A DNA stretch of 64,000 nt, taken from the NCBI RefSeq assembly GCF_000315625.1, contig NW_005434560.1, positions 128,020-192,019 on the forward strand, written 5' to 3'. A program made the translations under genes and the position numbers. This DNA is from Guillardia theta CCMP2712. Lineage: Eukaryota; Protista; Cryptophyta. Under the pieces are notes generated by a model, which was not told the DNA's origin, did not search any database, and saw only the letters and a list, made by a program, of their open reading frames with translations. The first letter of the stretch is position 1; each line of letters starts with the position of its first letter. Positions 39,238 to 49,423 of the stretch are shown in pieces.

Positions 39238-39456
39238 TTATTTGTTATTACAAAACTCACAATAGTTGGGCAAGCCACACGAGAAACAACAGTAGGGGAT
39301 GTAGGATACAGATTGTAGCTGCTCTTTCTTTACCGGTAGGTGGATACCGGTATCATACTTCATCCTACGCGACGCGGGGGCCGTCTTGGAGGAGGGGGCC
39401 CTATACGGCGCGGGGGTCGTCTTGCGGCAAGAGGTAAATTGCTTGATGCGTGCCAT
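39238..39456 (-). CDS. 72-aa H3-tail-mimic plus Zn-ribbon microprotein
   Basis: MARIKQFTSCRKTT versus H3 MARTKQTARKST; C-terminal CFSC...CEFC; TATTTAA at 39493-39499. Confidence 0.55.
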   Translation of the reverse strand: MARIKQFTSCRKTTPAPYRAPSSKTAPASRRMKYDTGIHLPVKKEQLQSVSYIPYCCFSCGLPNYCEFCNNK

Positions 39457-39772
39457 GGGGCCAGGGTGAGGGCCGCCAGCCACGAACCTGAATTAAATAG
39501 ACTCCCGCTCCTACCCCCTATTCCCCATTACCACCCCCTGTTGGTGCCGCGGTTAGGTAGAAAAGGGTGGGTCCAAAGTTAAAAAAACCCACGACCTAAT
39601 AAAAAAAAATCTACGACCCCTTCCCGATTTTTTTTTTTATTTTCAACATTTTTTTACCACCCCTCCTTTTCACCGCCCCGACAGAAACACGGGGTGGGGG
39701 GTTTATTTCCCCCTGGCTCCTCCTTTTTAGGGTCGCGCCGGCCGGTCCTTGGCCATTTGCCACGACCACTCG

Positions 39773-41998
39773 ATGCAATCCACGCTGCCAACCCCCCCGC
39801 CCCCCCAGGCCGCACCGTTCCCAACCCCCTTATCGCCCCAAGCCGCACTTGCAGCGCGCCGCGTCCTATGCTTCCTCCGCGGACCCGCCTACTCCCGCTC
39901 CATCCGCTCTCTCTCCTCCCGCATCAAGCGCTACGGCGTGCTCGAGCGCTGGGAGCCATCTGCGGACTTCAAGGTCATGACGAAGAAATCGCAGCGCAAG
40001 TGGCTCATCCGCGACATCCGGAGGTTTGTCACAACGGCGATCTACATGATCACGCGCAACGTCAATCGGAGCGGGACCGCCATCGCCGAGGAGGAGAATG
40101 CGCCGGCCTTCAACGTCCGCATCCTCCTCGCCTCGCTCCTCATTGTCAACCGCCCGAATAGCTGCTTCGAGGCCATCGGCGAGCTCGAGAGGAGGGTGCA
40201 AGCTTCGTCCTCTCCCATCTACGATTCCCTGTGCGCCTTGGTTGACTGTGCCCAGGGCCAGACTCTGAACTCCATGAATTGGACGGAGCACCGCGACTTC
40301 CTCCGCCGCCTGAAGACCTACCTTCAAGACTTCCAAGCGTGGAAGGTTCCCGACGAGCACAAGCTTTCCGAGCGCATCAAGCACGCCCTTCTCGCCCTGT
40401 ACCGCGCGGAGTCACACCTCACTGAGGAGAGCCAGGGCTACGAGAGCATGAAGCAGGAGTTTCGGGCGCAGAAGGCCAAGCTCAGGGCCAAGATGGTGCA
40501 GATCGCGGGGACCCAAGGCCTTGCGAACGTGGACGAGCTGCTGAGGAAGGAGCGGATCTACCCCGAGGACGACGAGGAGGCTGGCGCGAGTGAGGAGGCC
40601 GGTGCGAGTGATCCGTCCGCCGCCAGCAGCCTCCCCCCCTCGACCAACGCGTCCGGTCTGTCGTCTCTCCCGGGTAGGATGACAAACGAGCAGCTGGCAC
40701 ACGAGCTCCTACTCGATCCGAACTTCAAGCTCGACACAGAGGGAGCCGGCTACATCGACAACGCAGTCCTCTCTAACGTGCGGGAGAGCTTCAAGATCGC
40801 CTTCTGGAACAGCCTGGTCGACGACCTAAGGATCTCACCCCCCTGCTACACACGTGTGATCAGAGTGCTGGGTGAGGTGAGGGACGGGCTCATAGATCTG
40901 GCACCAAGGTTCAGAGCTTATCTGCGGGAGAAGATCGACACCAACCACATCACGCAACTGGTCGAAATGGGATCGATTGACTGGCCATCCTGCATCGCCA
41001 TACTCGACGGTGTCATCTCCTCCGCGATCGAGATCCAGGAGCCGAAGCGCAAGGAGGAGACGGTGTCGGAGTGGGCGGAGAGGAAGGCGAAGATGCAGTC
41101 CTGCGAGCCGGAGGAGCAGCCGGAGGCCTTCTGCGCCAACCTCGAGTACACACTGGCGCGCGTCAATGCCATGCGGGTCGATGCGGCCAACGCGCGCCTC
41201 CGGAACATCGCCCACGTCATCCAGAATCACGGCGTCGAGTATGAGCAAAGTCACATGTCGAAGAAGATCAGGCAGAACCCGGAGTACCTTCGGCGCACAC
41301 CCGAATGGATCCTTCAGTCGATCACCAAGCTCTCCAAGGAGAATGGCATGATCATCCCCTCGCTCCTCCGCGGCGACGGCGCGACGTTCCAGACGGTCCA
41401 CGCAGCGGCAATCCTCGGCCTCGTCACCGCGGATGTGCCCATCACGGATGAAAACTGCCCGGAGTTGCTCCTCCTCGACGTCGCCCGCCTGAAGAGGCTG
41501 CAGAGGTCTTTCCGATTCGACCTCTTCGGCTGCGGCTGCCTGCGGATGGCCTCCCAGAAGATTCTCTCCAAGGACAGGGGCACGTCCGCCATGGGACTCA
41601 TCCGGCATCTCGTCACGGCTCTCAATGCGTTCGACGCCTCCGAGATGGACACTGAAGGTGCAAAGAAGGTGTTCAAGGACTCGTTCAAGTCAGAGCTCTC
41701 CGACGAGGAGAAGGGGATCATCACCGCTACCTTCTACCCCTACAGCGAAGTGGCGCTCGGCCAACTCCTCGAAGTTCCCGCCCCCACCACCGCTGCCCTC
41801 TTCCCGTTCGTCGAGGAGCACTGGTACAACGTCGCCGTGAAGGTCTCCGAGAGTCGACCTGCCTATCTCAACACCTGGTCCCTGAATGAGCGCATCACCC
41901 GCAACGCCAAGGCCCTGCGCAAGATCATCGATGTGAACCGCAAGGTCCACACCGCGCTCTACAACAGGATCATCGCGGAGCAGGCGGCTAGGGTTTAG
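39773..41998 (+). CDS. T-complex protein 11 (TCP11/SOK1) family protein
   Basis: NEQLAHELLLDPNF, AFW, MRVDAAN, GVEYE, PELLLLD motifs. Confidence 0.85.
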   Translation: MQSTLPTPPPPQAAPFPTPLSPQAALAARRVLCFLRGPAYSRSIRSLSSRIKRYGVLERWEPSADFKVMTKKSQRKWLIRDIRRFVTTAIYMITRNVNRSGTAIAEEENAPAFNVRILLASLLIVNRPNSCFEAIGELERRVQASSSPIYDSLCALVDCAQGQTLNSMNWTEHRDFLRRLKTYLQDFQAWKVPDEHKLSERIKHALLALYRAESHLTEESQGYESMKQEFRAQKAKLRAKMVQIAGTQGLANVDELLRKERIYPEDDEEAGASEEAGASDPSAASSLPPSTNASGLSSLPGRMTNEQLAHELLLDPNFKLDTEGAGYIDNAVLSNVRESFKIAFWNSLVDDLRISPPCYTRVIRVLGEVRDGLIDLAPRFRAYLREKIDTNHITQLVEMGSIDWPSCIAILDGVISSAIEIQEPKRKEETVSEWAERKAKMQSCEPEEQPEAFCANLEYTLARVNAMRVDAANARLRNIAHVIQNHGVEYEQSHMSKKIRQNPEYLRRTPEWILQSITKLSKENGMIIPSLLRGDGATFQTVHAAAILGLVTADVPITDENCPELLLLDVARLKRLQRSFRFDLFGCGCLRMASQKILSKDRGTSAMGLIRHLVTALNAFDASEMDTEGAKKVFKDSFKSELSDEEKGIITATFYPYSEVALGQLLEVPAPTTAALFPFVEEHWYNVAVKVSESRPAYLNTWSLNERITRNAKALRKIIDVNRKVHTALYNRIIAEQAARV

Positions 41999-42020
41999 GG
42001 TTTGACATTAAATGATGCAT

Positions 42021-42239
42021 TCAATAACTCACTGCTGCGCACGCCTGCTTCAGCACCGCACACGCCCTCCCCCTCCACTTCCCGCCCTTGGCGCGCTCGA
42101 AGCGCTCGGCGGCGCGGTGGTCGAGCTCGTCCCACACCCGCGGGGGAGGCACTGCGACGAAGTTCTCGCAGAGGTCCTCCCGGAACTCGCGCGCATCGGT
42201 CAGGTCCAGGACGCGGACCATCGCCGCTGTCTGCCGCAT
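42021..42239 (-). CDS. Small hypothetical protein
   Basis: GC3-rich; GTATAAAC upstream at ~42256-42263. Confidence 0.45.
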   Translation of the reverse strand: MRQTAAMVRVLDLTDAREFREDLCENFVAVPPPRVWDELDHRAAERFERAKGGKWRGRACAVLKQACAAVSY

Positions 42240-42305
42240 TTTCGTGCGTGGGCCCGTTTATACTGCCCTGTGAATATAAAAACTAAAGGGAATGAGCAAC
42301 AAGAA

Positions 42306-43223
42306 ATGGCAGATACTATGCAAGACGATGATAATTTTCAAGGGAGTCTTGATGCTTTTGAAAAGTACATGAAAGAACTTGGAAACAATATCACTGCAGA
42401 AAATCAAGCAAAGGCTAGGCAAAATTTTCATGATATCTTGAGTCAAATCCTGATTTTTTTCCGGTATACGTGTATAGATGGAAAGGACAAGAACGAAGAT
42501 CGCCTTAATGTATTGAAATCTATACAGGATCGAGTATCAAAAATTTCGTTGAAATATGGTAAATTGCTTTTGATAGGCGAATACATGGCTTCACCGCTTG
42601 ATAAATCACTAGCAAACATAATTAGGTTTATACCCGCAGATTACCATTTTGCAGCAAACCAGATCAATACCACAATTAAGCACAGCAAAAGGTTAATGAT
42701 AACCCAGTGCAAAGTGACCAATGAAGGAGGTGGAACCATCGAAATCAAACTAGACCTTATATTGGAACATTACAAAGATTGGTTTCAAGATCAACTCGAG
42801 TTGATCAAGCAAGATTATAACTTCATCTCTCAACACCAGGATGCCTTTAAAGAATTGGACGTATTCATGATGCAGGAAATACTTTTGAAACAGCGAGGGC
42901 TTGAACAGGTGCACCGCTATATTGCCTATAACCTGAATTCGCATATCGATCGTATGTATTCCGGTATTCGCAATATTTTACCAGAAGGTAGTTACTACTT
43001 CAAATTCAATATGCAAACTTCACTGATATCACCTCCACAAAACTTCGTCTTGTTCGGGCCAGAAGTAACACTCAATACGCTAAGAGCCTTTCAAATTGAA
43101 ATACACCTAAAGAAGTTACCATATGACACGTTCTACAGTATGCTTAAAGATCACTTCTTGATGACCGCGGACGACTTGTCATTTTTTCGCAAAAAGATCG
43201 ACAGGTACATGAAGATCAAATAA
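42306..43223 (+). CDS. AT-rich ORFan
   Basis: ATATAAAA at ~42274; stop overlaps AATAAA. Confidence 0.7.
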   Translation: MADTMQDDDNFQGSLDAFEKYMKELGNNITAENQAKARQNFHDILSQILIFFRYTCIDGKDKNEDRLNVLKSIQDRVSKISLKYGKLLLIGEYMASPLDKSLANIIRFIPADYHFAANQINTTIKHSKRLMITQCKVTNEGGGTIEIKLDLILEHYKDWFQDQLELIKQDYNFISQHQDAFKELDVFMMQEILLKQRGLEQVHRYIAYNLNSHIDRMYSGIRNILPEGSYYFKFNMQTSLISPPQNFVLFGPEVTLNTLRAFQIEIHLKKLPYDTFYSMLKDHFLMTADDLSFFRKKIDRYMKIK

Positions 43224-43305
43224 AACCAACTTTCACTCGATATACCGCTTCACGTTCGTGGTATTTAAGAATCGAACCCGGAATCCACACACCTGACTTG
43301 TCATT

Positions 43306-43632
43306 ATGGGTTGCGCAGTCAATCAGTTGAAAAAGGTGGAGAACGTCAACTTACCCAAGAAGAGGCGAGTAATGAAAAACTCGACCCTACGCAGACACAG
43401 GTACCGGCCAGATGCTTCGGTTTCCCGCCGCCTGAGGGTGGAACTTGACCAAAGGGTCGAGCGCGATCGGGCACGGTGCGCAGCCATACGCGCCTGGTTA
43501 CAGCGCAAGGAAGTACGCAGCTGGCTAGAGCAAATAACCAAGCCCGCCCAGTCAGAGCGCATGGCCAGACACAGCTGGTCATTCTACATTCGCCGTGCCA
43601 TCCAATCCATCCTCCGTAAATTAGGGTGGTAA
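43306..43632 (+). CDS. Small basic protein (MGC start, possible acylation)
   Basis: TATTTAA at 43262-43268. Confidence 0.55.
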   Translation: MGCAVNQLKKVENVNLPKKRRVMKNSTLRRHRYRPDASVSRRLRVELDQRVERDRARCAAIRAWLQRKEVRSWLEQITKPAQSERMARHSWSFYIRRAIQSILRKLGW

Positions 43633-43690
43633 TTAGGTGTCGTACCCCACCAATGTTGCAATAAATGGCGACCTTTAATCTACACCCGCA

Positions 43691-44326
43691 TCACTCGATG
43701 TACCGCTTCACCACCGGCCACAGCCTCCTCCACCCGATCTCGATGTCCTCGACGCACTTACCCCCCGTGATGACGACCTTGCCGCTCTCGAAGCAGAGGA
43801 GGACGACGGGGGAGTTGTCCGGGCGGAAGATGAGGCCCGGGAAGAGGGACTTCTGGAAGGTGCACTTGGAGCACTGCTCGTTGTACATTCTTTCCAGATT
43901 CAAGGTGCGATTTCCCTGGAGGTCGATGATGGCGTTGCCGACGATGTTCTGGACGACGATGTCCTCGACGTGGAAGTCCACCCCGATGATGTAGGCGCGG
44001 AGCATCTCGACGATCTTGAGCGAGGCGTGCAGGCACTTGTACCAGCTCTGGGAGCCGGTCAGGACCAGCTTCCCGGAGCTGAAGAGCAGCACCGTGCAGG
44101 TGGGGTTGTCGATGCGGATCGTGATGGCGGCGAACTTGTGCTTGTCGTAGAAGCTGTTGGGCAGCACGGAGGCGATGTAGTTCAGGTTGAGCGGCACCAC
44201 GCTCGACCGGATCTTGGTCGTGCTGACGATGTTGTGGATGAAGGCCGGGGGCGCGTCGCTCTCACCCTCGCCCGGGAGGAAGGAGAGCTCGTCGATGGAG
44301 AGGGCGGAGTAGAGGCGCTTCTTCAT
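43691..44326 (-). CDS. TBP: TATA-binding protein
   Basis: Two TBP repeats: NIVST...LLFSSGKLVLTG and QNIVG...FPGLIFR...LLCFESGKVVITG. Confidence 0.95.
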   Translation of the reverse strand: MKKRLYSALSIDELSFLPGEGESDAPPAFIHNIVSTTKIRSSVVPLNLNYIASVLPNSFYDKHKFAAITIRIDNPTCTVLLFSSGKLVLTGSQSWYKCLHASLKIVEMLRAYIIGVDFHVEDIVVQNIVGNAIIDLQGNRTLNLERMYNEQCSKCTFQKSLFPGLIFRPDNSPVVLLCFESGKVVITGGKCVEDIEIGWRRLWPVVKRYIE

Positions 44327-44493
44327 GGCTCCCCGCTACCCTCCTCTCGCCATGCCCCCCCCTTCCCGACGTGATCCACCCAACCCAAAAAAATAACGGA
44401 AACACGCTCAAGAACGTAAGATCTTTATTGATTCTGAAACAACAATCACCGATCTCTCAACTCTCTATGCGCTCAAGGGAGGGATGCAGAGGG

Positions 44494-45060
44494 TCAGGTA
44501 AGGCTCCAGCAGGACTCAGAAAGCGGCAGGTCACTGAAGTCCATATTGCAAGAATTCACGAAATTTTGGTATAAGGCCATATGTCCGTAGACTTCGTGGC
44601 TCACAAATCTCGAAGCATATTGCAGTTCACCGATATTGTCAATGTGGCGACGCTGGTTGAGCTCGTTGACCAAGTGCTTACAGTTCTGGCGGATGAGTGT
44701 TTCCTTCTCGAGGAGGCGGTTATAATACGACTCGATGGTCTCGTAAGACCGATCTGTGAGGCCAGCATAAAAAGCCCTGATCTTCTCGTAGTTATTTGTC
44801 ACAAAACAATCGAGAAGAGAGCCATCCAGGTAACCGTACTTTTGACGGATGTCCTGAAGTGGGAGGTTTTCTATGATATCTCTTACAATCGCAAAGCATG
44901 TGTCAACCGGGAGGGAGTTCTTGCAGATGACGTTGACATTACCGAACCGTTCGGAATCAGACATGCACATCTCCTTGCCAGTGCAGGTTACGACACCCGT
45001 AATCTTCTCGTTGTCCGTGATAATCACGGTGTAGAAAGCAGTATGATATTGCAAAAACAT
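44494..45060 (-). CDS. AT-rich ORFan
   Basis: TATTTAA at 45087-45093 upstream of MFLQY. Confidence 0.6.
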   Translation of the reverse strand: MFLQYHTAFYTVIITDNEKITGVVTCTGKEMCMSDSERFGNVNVICKNSLPVDTCFAIVRDIIENLPLQDIRQKYGYLDGSLLDCFVTNNYEKIRAFYAGLTDRSYETIESYYNRLLEKETLIRQNCKHLVNELNQRRHIDNIGELQYASRFVSHEVYGHMALYQNFVNSCNMDFSDLPLSESCWSLT

Positions 45061-45203
45061 GATGAACAGCCAAGAAGGGTCGTTCCTTAAATACACAAAA
45101 ATAAGTAAATGCCATGTAGGGTCCGGGACCGGCAGGAACGGTATAAGACTGGGAAATAGTACGGTCCGGGCAACACGGCGGACAGGGGGAACCAGTGAAG
45201 GAA

Positions 45204-45749
45204 ATGCCAAGCCCAGAACACCGCCCCGAAGTCCGCGCCATGGCCATCGAACTCACGCCGTACCAGTCCATCATGATCCACGGCTGGTCCCGCCCCTCCT
45301 CGGTCCTGGCCTGGAAGCACGTCGTCGCAAGCGAGGCCCTGACCTGGCAGTTCCTCCGCTCGCTGGGGCTGTCCCCCGAGAAGCTCAAGACCCTGCAGCC
45401 CAGCCCGGAGGAGTGGGTCAGGCACGGCAACGTGCAGCTCCCCATGGTCACCGACATGCTCTGCTTCCCCGTCCACCCCATCCTCCACCTCCGCGCCGAC
45501 ATCAGCGAGCTCTGGCAGCTCAAGCTACCCTCCCACCTCCTCGAGGCCATGGGGGTGACGTACGCCCAGCTCGTCGACATTGGGATGACAAAGCAAATCA
45601 TGGCGAGGTGGTCCTTCTCGCTCCACCGCTGGCGCTCGCTCGGCTTCACCGAGGACGACCTCCAGGGCTGGTCCGAGAGGGACTGCGTGCAGGTGTTCCA
45701 CCTCTCGCTGCAGCAGACCCAGGCCGAGCTTAGGAAACCAATCAAGTAA
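45204..45749 (+). CDS. Short helical-repeat protein (LGxT/SxxxL repeats)
   Basis: LRSLGLSPEKL, EAMGVTYAQL, RSLGFTEDDL; GTATAAG upstream. Confidence 0.65.
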   Translation: MPSPEHRPEVRAMAIELTPYQSIMIHGWSRPSSVLAWKHVVASEALTWQFLRSLGLSPEKLKTLQPSPEEWVRHGNVQLPMVTDMLCFPVHPILHLRADISELWQLKLPSHLLEAMGVTYAQLVDIGMTKQIMARWSFSLHRWRSLGFTEDDLQGWSERDCVQVFHLSLQQTQAELRKPIK

Positions 45750-45772
45750 TTTGTAATTTTATTTCAATGAAC

Positions 45773-46687
45773 TCAACGACACTGCGAGAAGATGAGCACA
45801 TCGATGGGCTCGAAGGGCCTGCCGCCGTTCACCACCCTCCCGAAGACGCGGATGCGGTCGCCATACCCGCAGCCGTCGTAGAGGTAGGGCTTCGGGTAGA
45901 TGATGTTCTGCTTGTACTCCCGGCTTCCGATCCTTCGGTCAAGGTTCTTGTAGAGCTCCGGGTAGTTGCCGTACTCCCGCATCTCGTGGTAGTCCTTCCG
46001 CTCCCCGGCCTTCTCGCCAATTCGGATCGGATCGGCGTTGTAGAAGTCGGGGTTCGCCTCGGTGATCAAGTTGACATTCGCTGGATTGGAGTTGAAGGCC
46101 CCGTTCCGCCTCCTCGTCCCGTCATCCTCGAACATGATGCTCTCGAAGTCGAAGTACCAGTGGACGACGTCGCCCGTGTAGGCGTGGAAGTGGCCATTCA
46201 TGACGGTGGCGAAGCCCGCGACCAGGACGGACCCGATCGTGTCCCCAAAGTTCGAAGTCGCCCACGCCTGGGTCTGCGCCACCCCCTGGAAGGTAAACTG
46301 TGGGAGGTAGAACTTGAAGTTCGGGTCTCTGGCGGCGCGGGCGATGATGTTCTCCCGGCTCTCCTCGAACTGCTCCACTGTCTGCGCGTTGTAGACCGCC
46401 CGGATGAGATTCCGGGTCTCTGGGGTGATGAAGCCAAGCGTGGTCACCACGGGAGGGTAGGCCGTCTTTTGCTTGAACATCATGTTGTTGCTGGTGTTGT
46501 AAGGGATGCTGCAGCACAGCGCGAGCTCGTGCTTGTGCATGCAGTACAGCATCTTGTCGCGGTGGACCCGCTCCCTCGTGTCCTCGGTGGCCAGCATCCG
46601 CAGCACGTCCTCGGACACATGGCACTGCAGGATGTGCTTCGGCCCCGAATGCACCTGCGTGCCCGTGATCTGCCCCACACTCGCCAT
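45773..46687 (-). CDS. Capsid triplex/cement-like (beta-tulip) protein, paralog A
   Basis: YPPVxTTLG...FxGV...GDxxGSVLxxGxxTVxNGHFxxYTGxxVxWYFDFE; clear paralog of the neighbour; pattern resembles HK97 cement proteins. Confidence 0.6.
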   Translation of the reverse strand: MASVGQITGTQVHSGPKHILQCHVSEDVLRMLATEDTRERVHRDKMLYCMHKHELALCCSIPYNTSNNMMFKQKTAYPPVVTTLGFITPETRNLIRAVYNAQTVEQFEESRENIIARAARDPNFKFYLPQFTFQGVAQTQAWATSNFGDTIGSVLVAGFATVMNGHFHAYTGDVVHWYFDFESIMFEDDGTRRRNGAFNSNPANVNLITEANPDFYNADPIRIGEKAGERKDYHEMREYGNYPELYKNLDRRIGSREYKQNIIYPKPYLYDGCGYGDRIRVFGRVVNGGRPFEPIDVLIFSQCR

Positions 46688-46755
46688 ATCTCCCGGGATG
46701 CTGTCCCTTCAGTCTTAAATACCTTTGATTTTGCATGGATGTAAAAAGCGATGGC

Positions 46756-47610
46756 CTACACGAAGGTGTTGGACAGGAAGATGTCGATGGGCTCCCAGGG
46801 CTGCCCCCCGTTCACGATCCTGCCGATCACCCTCACCTTGTCCCCGTAGGCATAGTTTCTTCGGTCCCGGATCTTTCGGAAGGGCTTGATCAGCGCCACG
46901 TTCTGCTTCCCCCGGTTCGCGTCCGCGTGCGCCCCGAACATGCGCTGCTGGTAGAAGTGCTCCCTGCCGCCGATGGGGTACCGGATGGCATGTCGATCGG
47001 CAGGGTTTCTTACAGCAGGTGGTTCGCGCCGCTTCCCGTCCGGGTCGAACTCCTCCGATTCGAAGTCGAAGTACCACTGGACCAGCTCCCCGGTGTAGCA
47101 GGGGAAGTGGCCGTTCAGCACCGTCATCATCCCGCCAATCAGGACGGAGCCCACGGGGTCGCCCGTCAGGTCGCTGGCGTAGGCGGTGCCGACGCTGACA
47201 CCGACGAAGTCGAACTTGAAGGGGAAGAAGTGATCCACCCCATTCCTATTGTAGACGATCCCCTCGTCCTCGTTCTCGAAGGAGAGGTTCCGGTAATGCA
47301 GTCGGATGGCCGTCTTGTGCTCATCCAGAAGCTTGTCCCCCAGGGTGGTGATCACGGGAGGGTAGGCGTGCTTGACGAAGGTGCGCTGGAACGTCCGGTC
47401 TGCGCCCCTCACCACGTCCTCGTCCGTCATCAGCGCAACACTCAGGACGAGCTCGTCCTTCTGCATGGCGTAGCGGTACTTGTCATCGGTGAGCTGCTTC
47501 ACCTGGTTCCCCAGCCGCTCAAACACCTTCCCGTTCACCTTGCAGGCGACGATGTGCTTCGCGGAGGAGTCGATGCGCGTCCCCGTGTACTGCGCGATGC
47601 TGTGCGCCAT
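46756..47610 (-). CDS. Capsid triplex/cement-like protein, paralog B
   Basis: Same motifs as paralog A; TATATAAA at ~47638-47645. Confidence 0.6.
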   Translation of the reverse strand: MAHSIAQYTGTRIDSSAKHIVACKVNGKVFERLGNQVKQLTDDKYRYAMQKDELVLSVALMTDEDVVRGADRTFQRTFVKHAYPPVITTLGDKLLDEHKTAIRLHYRNLSFENEDEGIVYNRNGVDHFFPFKFDFVGVSVGTAYASDLTGDPVGSVLIGGMMTVLNGHFPCYTGELVQWYFDFESEEFDPDGKRREPPAVRNPADRHAIRYPIGGREHFYQQRMFGAHADANRGKQNVALIKPFRKIRDRRNYAYGDKVRVIGRIVNGGQPWEPIDIFLSNTFV

Positions 47611-47687
47611 GTTTCGGGATGCAGGCATGTTCAGTGGTTTATATAGCGTTCTAAAAACAAGACAGGGACAACGCATACACCCTCACA

Positions 47688-48398
47688 TCACTTCCATCCT
47701 ATGGGCTGGATCTCGGGCGACTCCACGTTCCTGTAGTCGTTGTTCACGGCGGTGAGCCCGTAGACTCCGAGCAGCGCGGAGTTGCCCACCACCACGGTGG
47801 GGAGGACGGCCTTGCGGTAGTACTCGCTGTCTATCTCCAGGTTCCCGATGACGGTGTCGAGGGGGTGGACCTTGAAGACGTCGAGGGTGGTGTAGGACCC
47901 GTACGGGGCGCAGAAGTGGACGTGCAGCTGGAAGACGCTGGGGAGGTAGTGGAAGTAGGCCATGATGTTGTGCCGCTTCCACTCGGTGTTGGCGAGGATG
48001 TACTCGGTGCACTGCACCCTCAGGCGGCGGAGCATCGGCAGGTGGCAGCCCCGCAGGTCGCGGAGGGTCTTCAGGCCCCGGTCCTTGACCACGGCCAGCC
48101 AGTTGATGGTCTTCCCGTCGTTGAGCGCGTGGGTGTCGGGTAGGAAGACGAACTCGGGGGTGTCGAGGAGGACGTTGTCCGTCTCCCGCTCGCCCCGGAT
48201 CACCTCGTACACCCACTGCTTCCGCGGCATGTTCACCTGGTTGTCAATGAAGGACTGCATCTCCTCGCTGAAGGCGTGGGAGGGCTTGCAGGTCACCACG
48301 CAGCGCTCGTAGCTGCCGCTCCCGCGCTCCTTGGGTTTGAAGGGACAGTCGGGTGTATCCACCTCGTCTTTGATCCTCATAAATTGCTCTGCCTCCAT
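47688..48398 (-). CDS. DcpS: Scavenger mRNA decapping enzyme (m7GpppX diphosphatase, HIT family)
   Basis: WVYEVI, FVFLPD, TLRDL, FHYLPSVFQLHVHF. Confidence 0.9.
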   Translation of the reverse strand: MEAEQFMRIKDEVDTPDCPFKPKERGSGSYERCVVTCKPSHAFSEEMQSFIDNQVNMPRKQWVYEVIRGERETDNVLLDTPEFVFLPDTHALNDGKTINWLAVVKDRGLKTLRDLRGCHLPMLRRLRVQCTEYILANTEWKRHNIMAYFHYLPSVFQLHVHFCAPYGSYTTLDVFKVHPLDTVIGNLEIDSEYYRKAVLPTVVVGNSALLGVYGLTAVNNDYRNVESPEIQPIGWK

Positions 48399-48573
48399 GT
48401 CAATCCAACCCCAAACTCGATCGAATGCTCCAAGGACGGTTAAATAAAGGGAGGGAGGCAGACTCTTCGTTTCGGAGCACGCGGAAAACACAGCTTGATT
48501 TATACATAGGTGAGAGGATTCCATATTGTTGTATTAAAGCATGGGTATACTATGGAATAATCAAACACTATCC

Positions 48574-48930
48574 ATGTCAGTCACAACAGAATTCATTCAG
48601 AATTACGAAAACGAAGCTAGCAATATGTATTCAAACATGTCCTATGATGATCTTATGGCAATCAAACTTCAACTGTATAAGGACTTACTGAATCTGGCAG
48701 AGGATGGTTCAGCTCTCCAAAAATGGATCACAAAATATCGAAGGTTGCATTTTGTAGATTTAACACCAATGATAGAGGAATTAAACAACATAACAGGATT
48801 ATATCCTCATATTCGAAGGAGGGCTACCAGATTGGCTGTGTACCTATATTACATCTATGAAAGGATACAATCATTGAAAAGAATACATGAATGGTTGAAT
48901 CGAACGAATGATATGCAGATGAACGCATGA
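48574..48930 (+). CDS. AT-rich ORFan
   Basis: GTATTAAA at ~48532. Confidence 0.55.
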   Translation: MSVTTEFIQNYENEASNMYSNMSYDDLMAIKLQLYKDLLNLAEDGSALQKWITKYRRLHFVDLTPMIEELNNITGLYPHIRRRATRLAVYLYYIYERIQSLKRIHEWLNRTNDMQMNA

Positions 48931-48958
48931 AAGAACGACTTGCTTTATTCGTAGCACA

Positions 48959-49288
48959 CTACTCCGAATCTTCCTGCTTGTCCTCTACGCGATGCTTCCG
49001 CTCGTCCTCGTACTTCTGCCACTTGCTGCTCATGATGGTGATCTGCGCCTTGGAGACGTTGAGGCGCTCCTGCAGGGCGTCCTGCCTCTGCTGCAGCACC
49101 TCGTCGGTGAGCCTGGAGAAGGGGCGGCGCGGCTTTGACGGCTTGGCGGTCGCGGCGCGCTTGGTCACCCCCTTGCTCTCGGACTTCTTGGCGCGGCCCT
49201 TGCTCGACTTCTTGGCCTTCACCTCGACGTCCTGCATCTCAGAGTCCATCGCCTGCTCTACGTGCTCGAGGATTTCGTCTTCGGTCAT
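48959..49288 (-). CDS. Small Lys-rich basic/coiled-coil protein
   Basis: KAKKSSKGRAKK...PRRPF followed by a coiled coil. Confidence 0.65.
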   Translation of the reverse strand: MTEDEILEHVEQAMDSEMQDVEVKAKKSSKGRAKKSESKGVTKRAATAKPSKPRRPFSRLTDEVLQQRQDALQERLNVSKAQITIMSSKWQKYEDERKHRVEDKQEDSE

Positions 49289-49423
49289 GACAACTCTCGT
49301 CCAGACCCGGGGAGTAGCTCCTGAAGTGCGCCCAGCTATACGCCGGGAGCTACTTTTTTTTCTCCCTCCCCAAAAAACGGGACACAGGACCAAGGGGGAG
49401 GGATAGGAACCCTTTCCTAGGAA

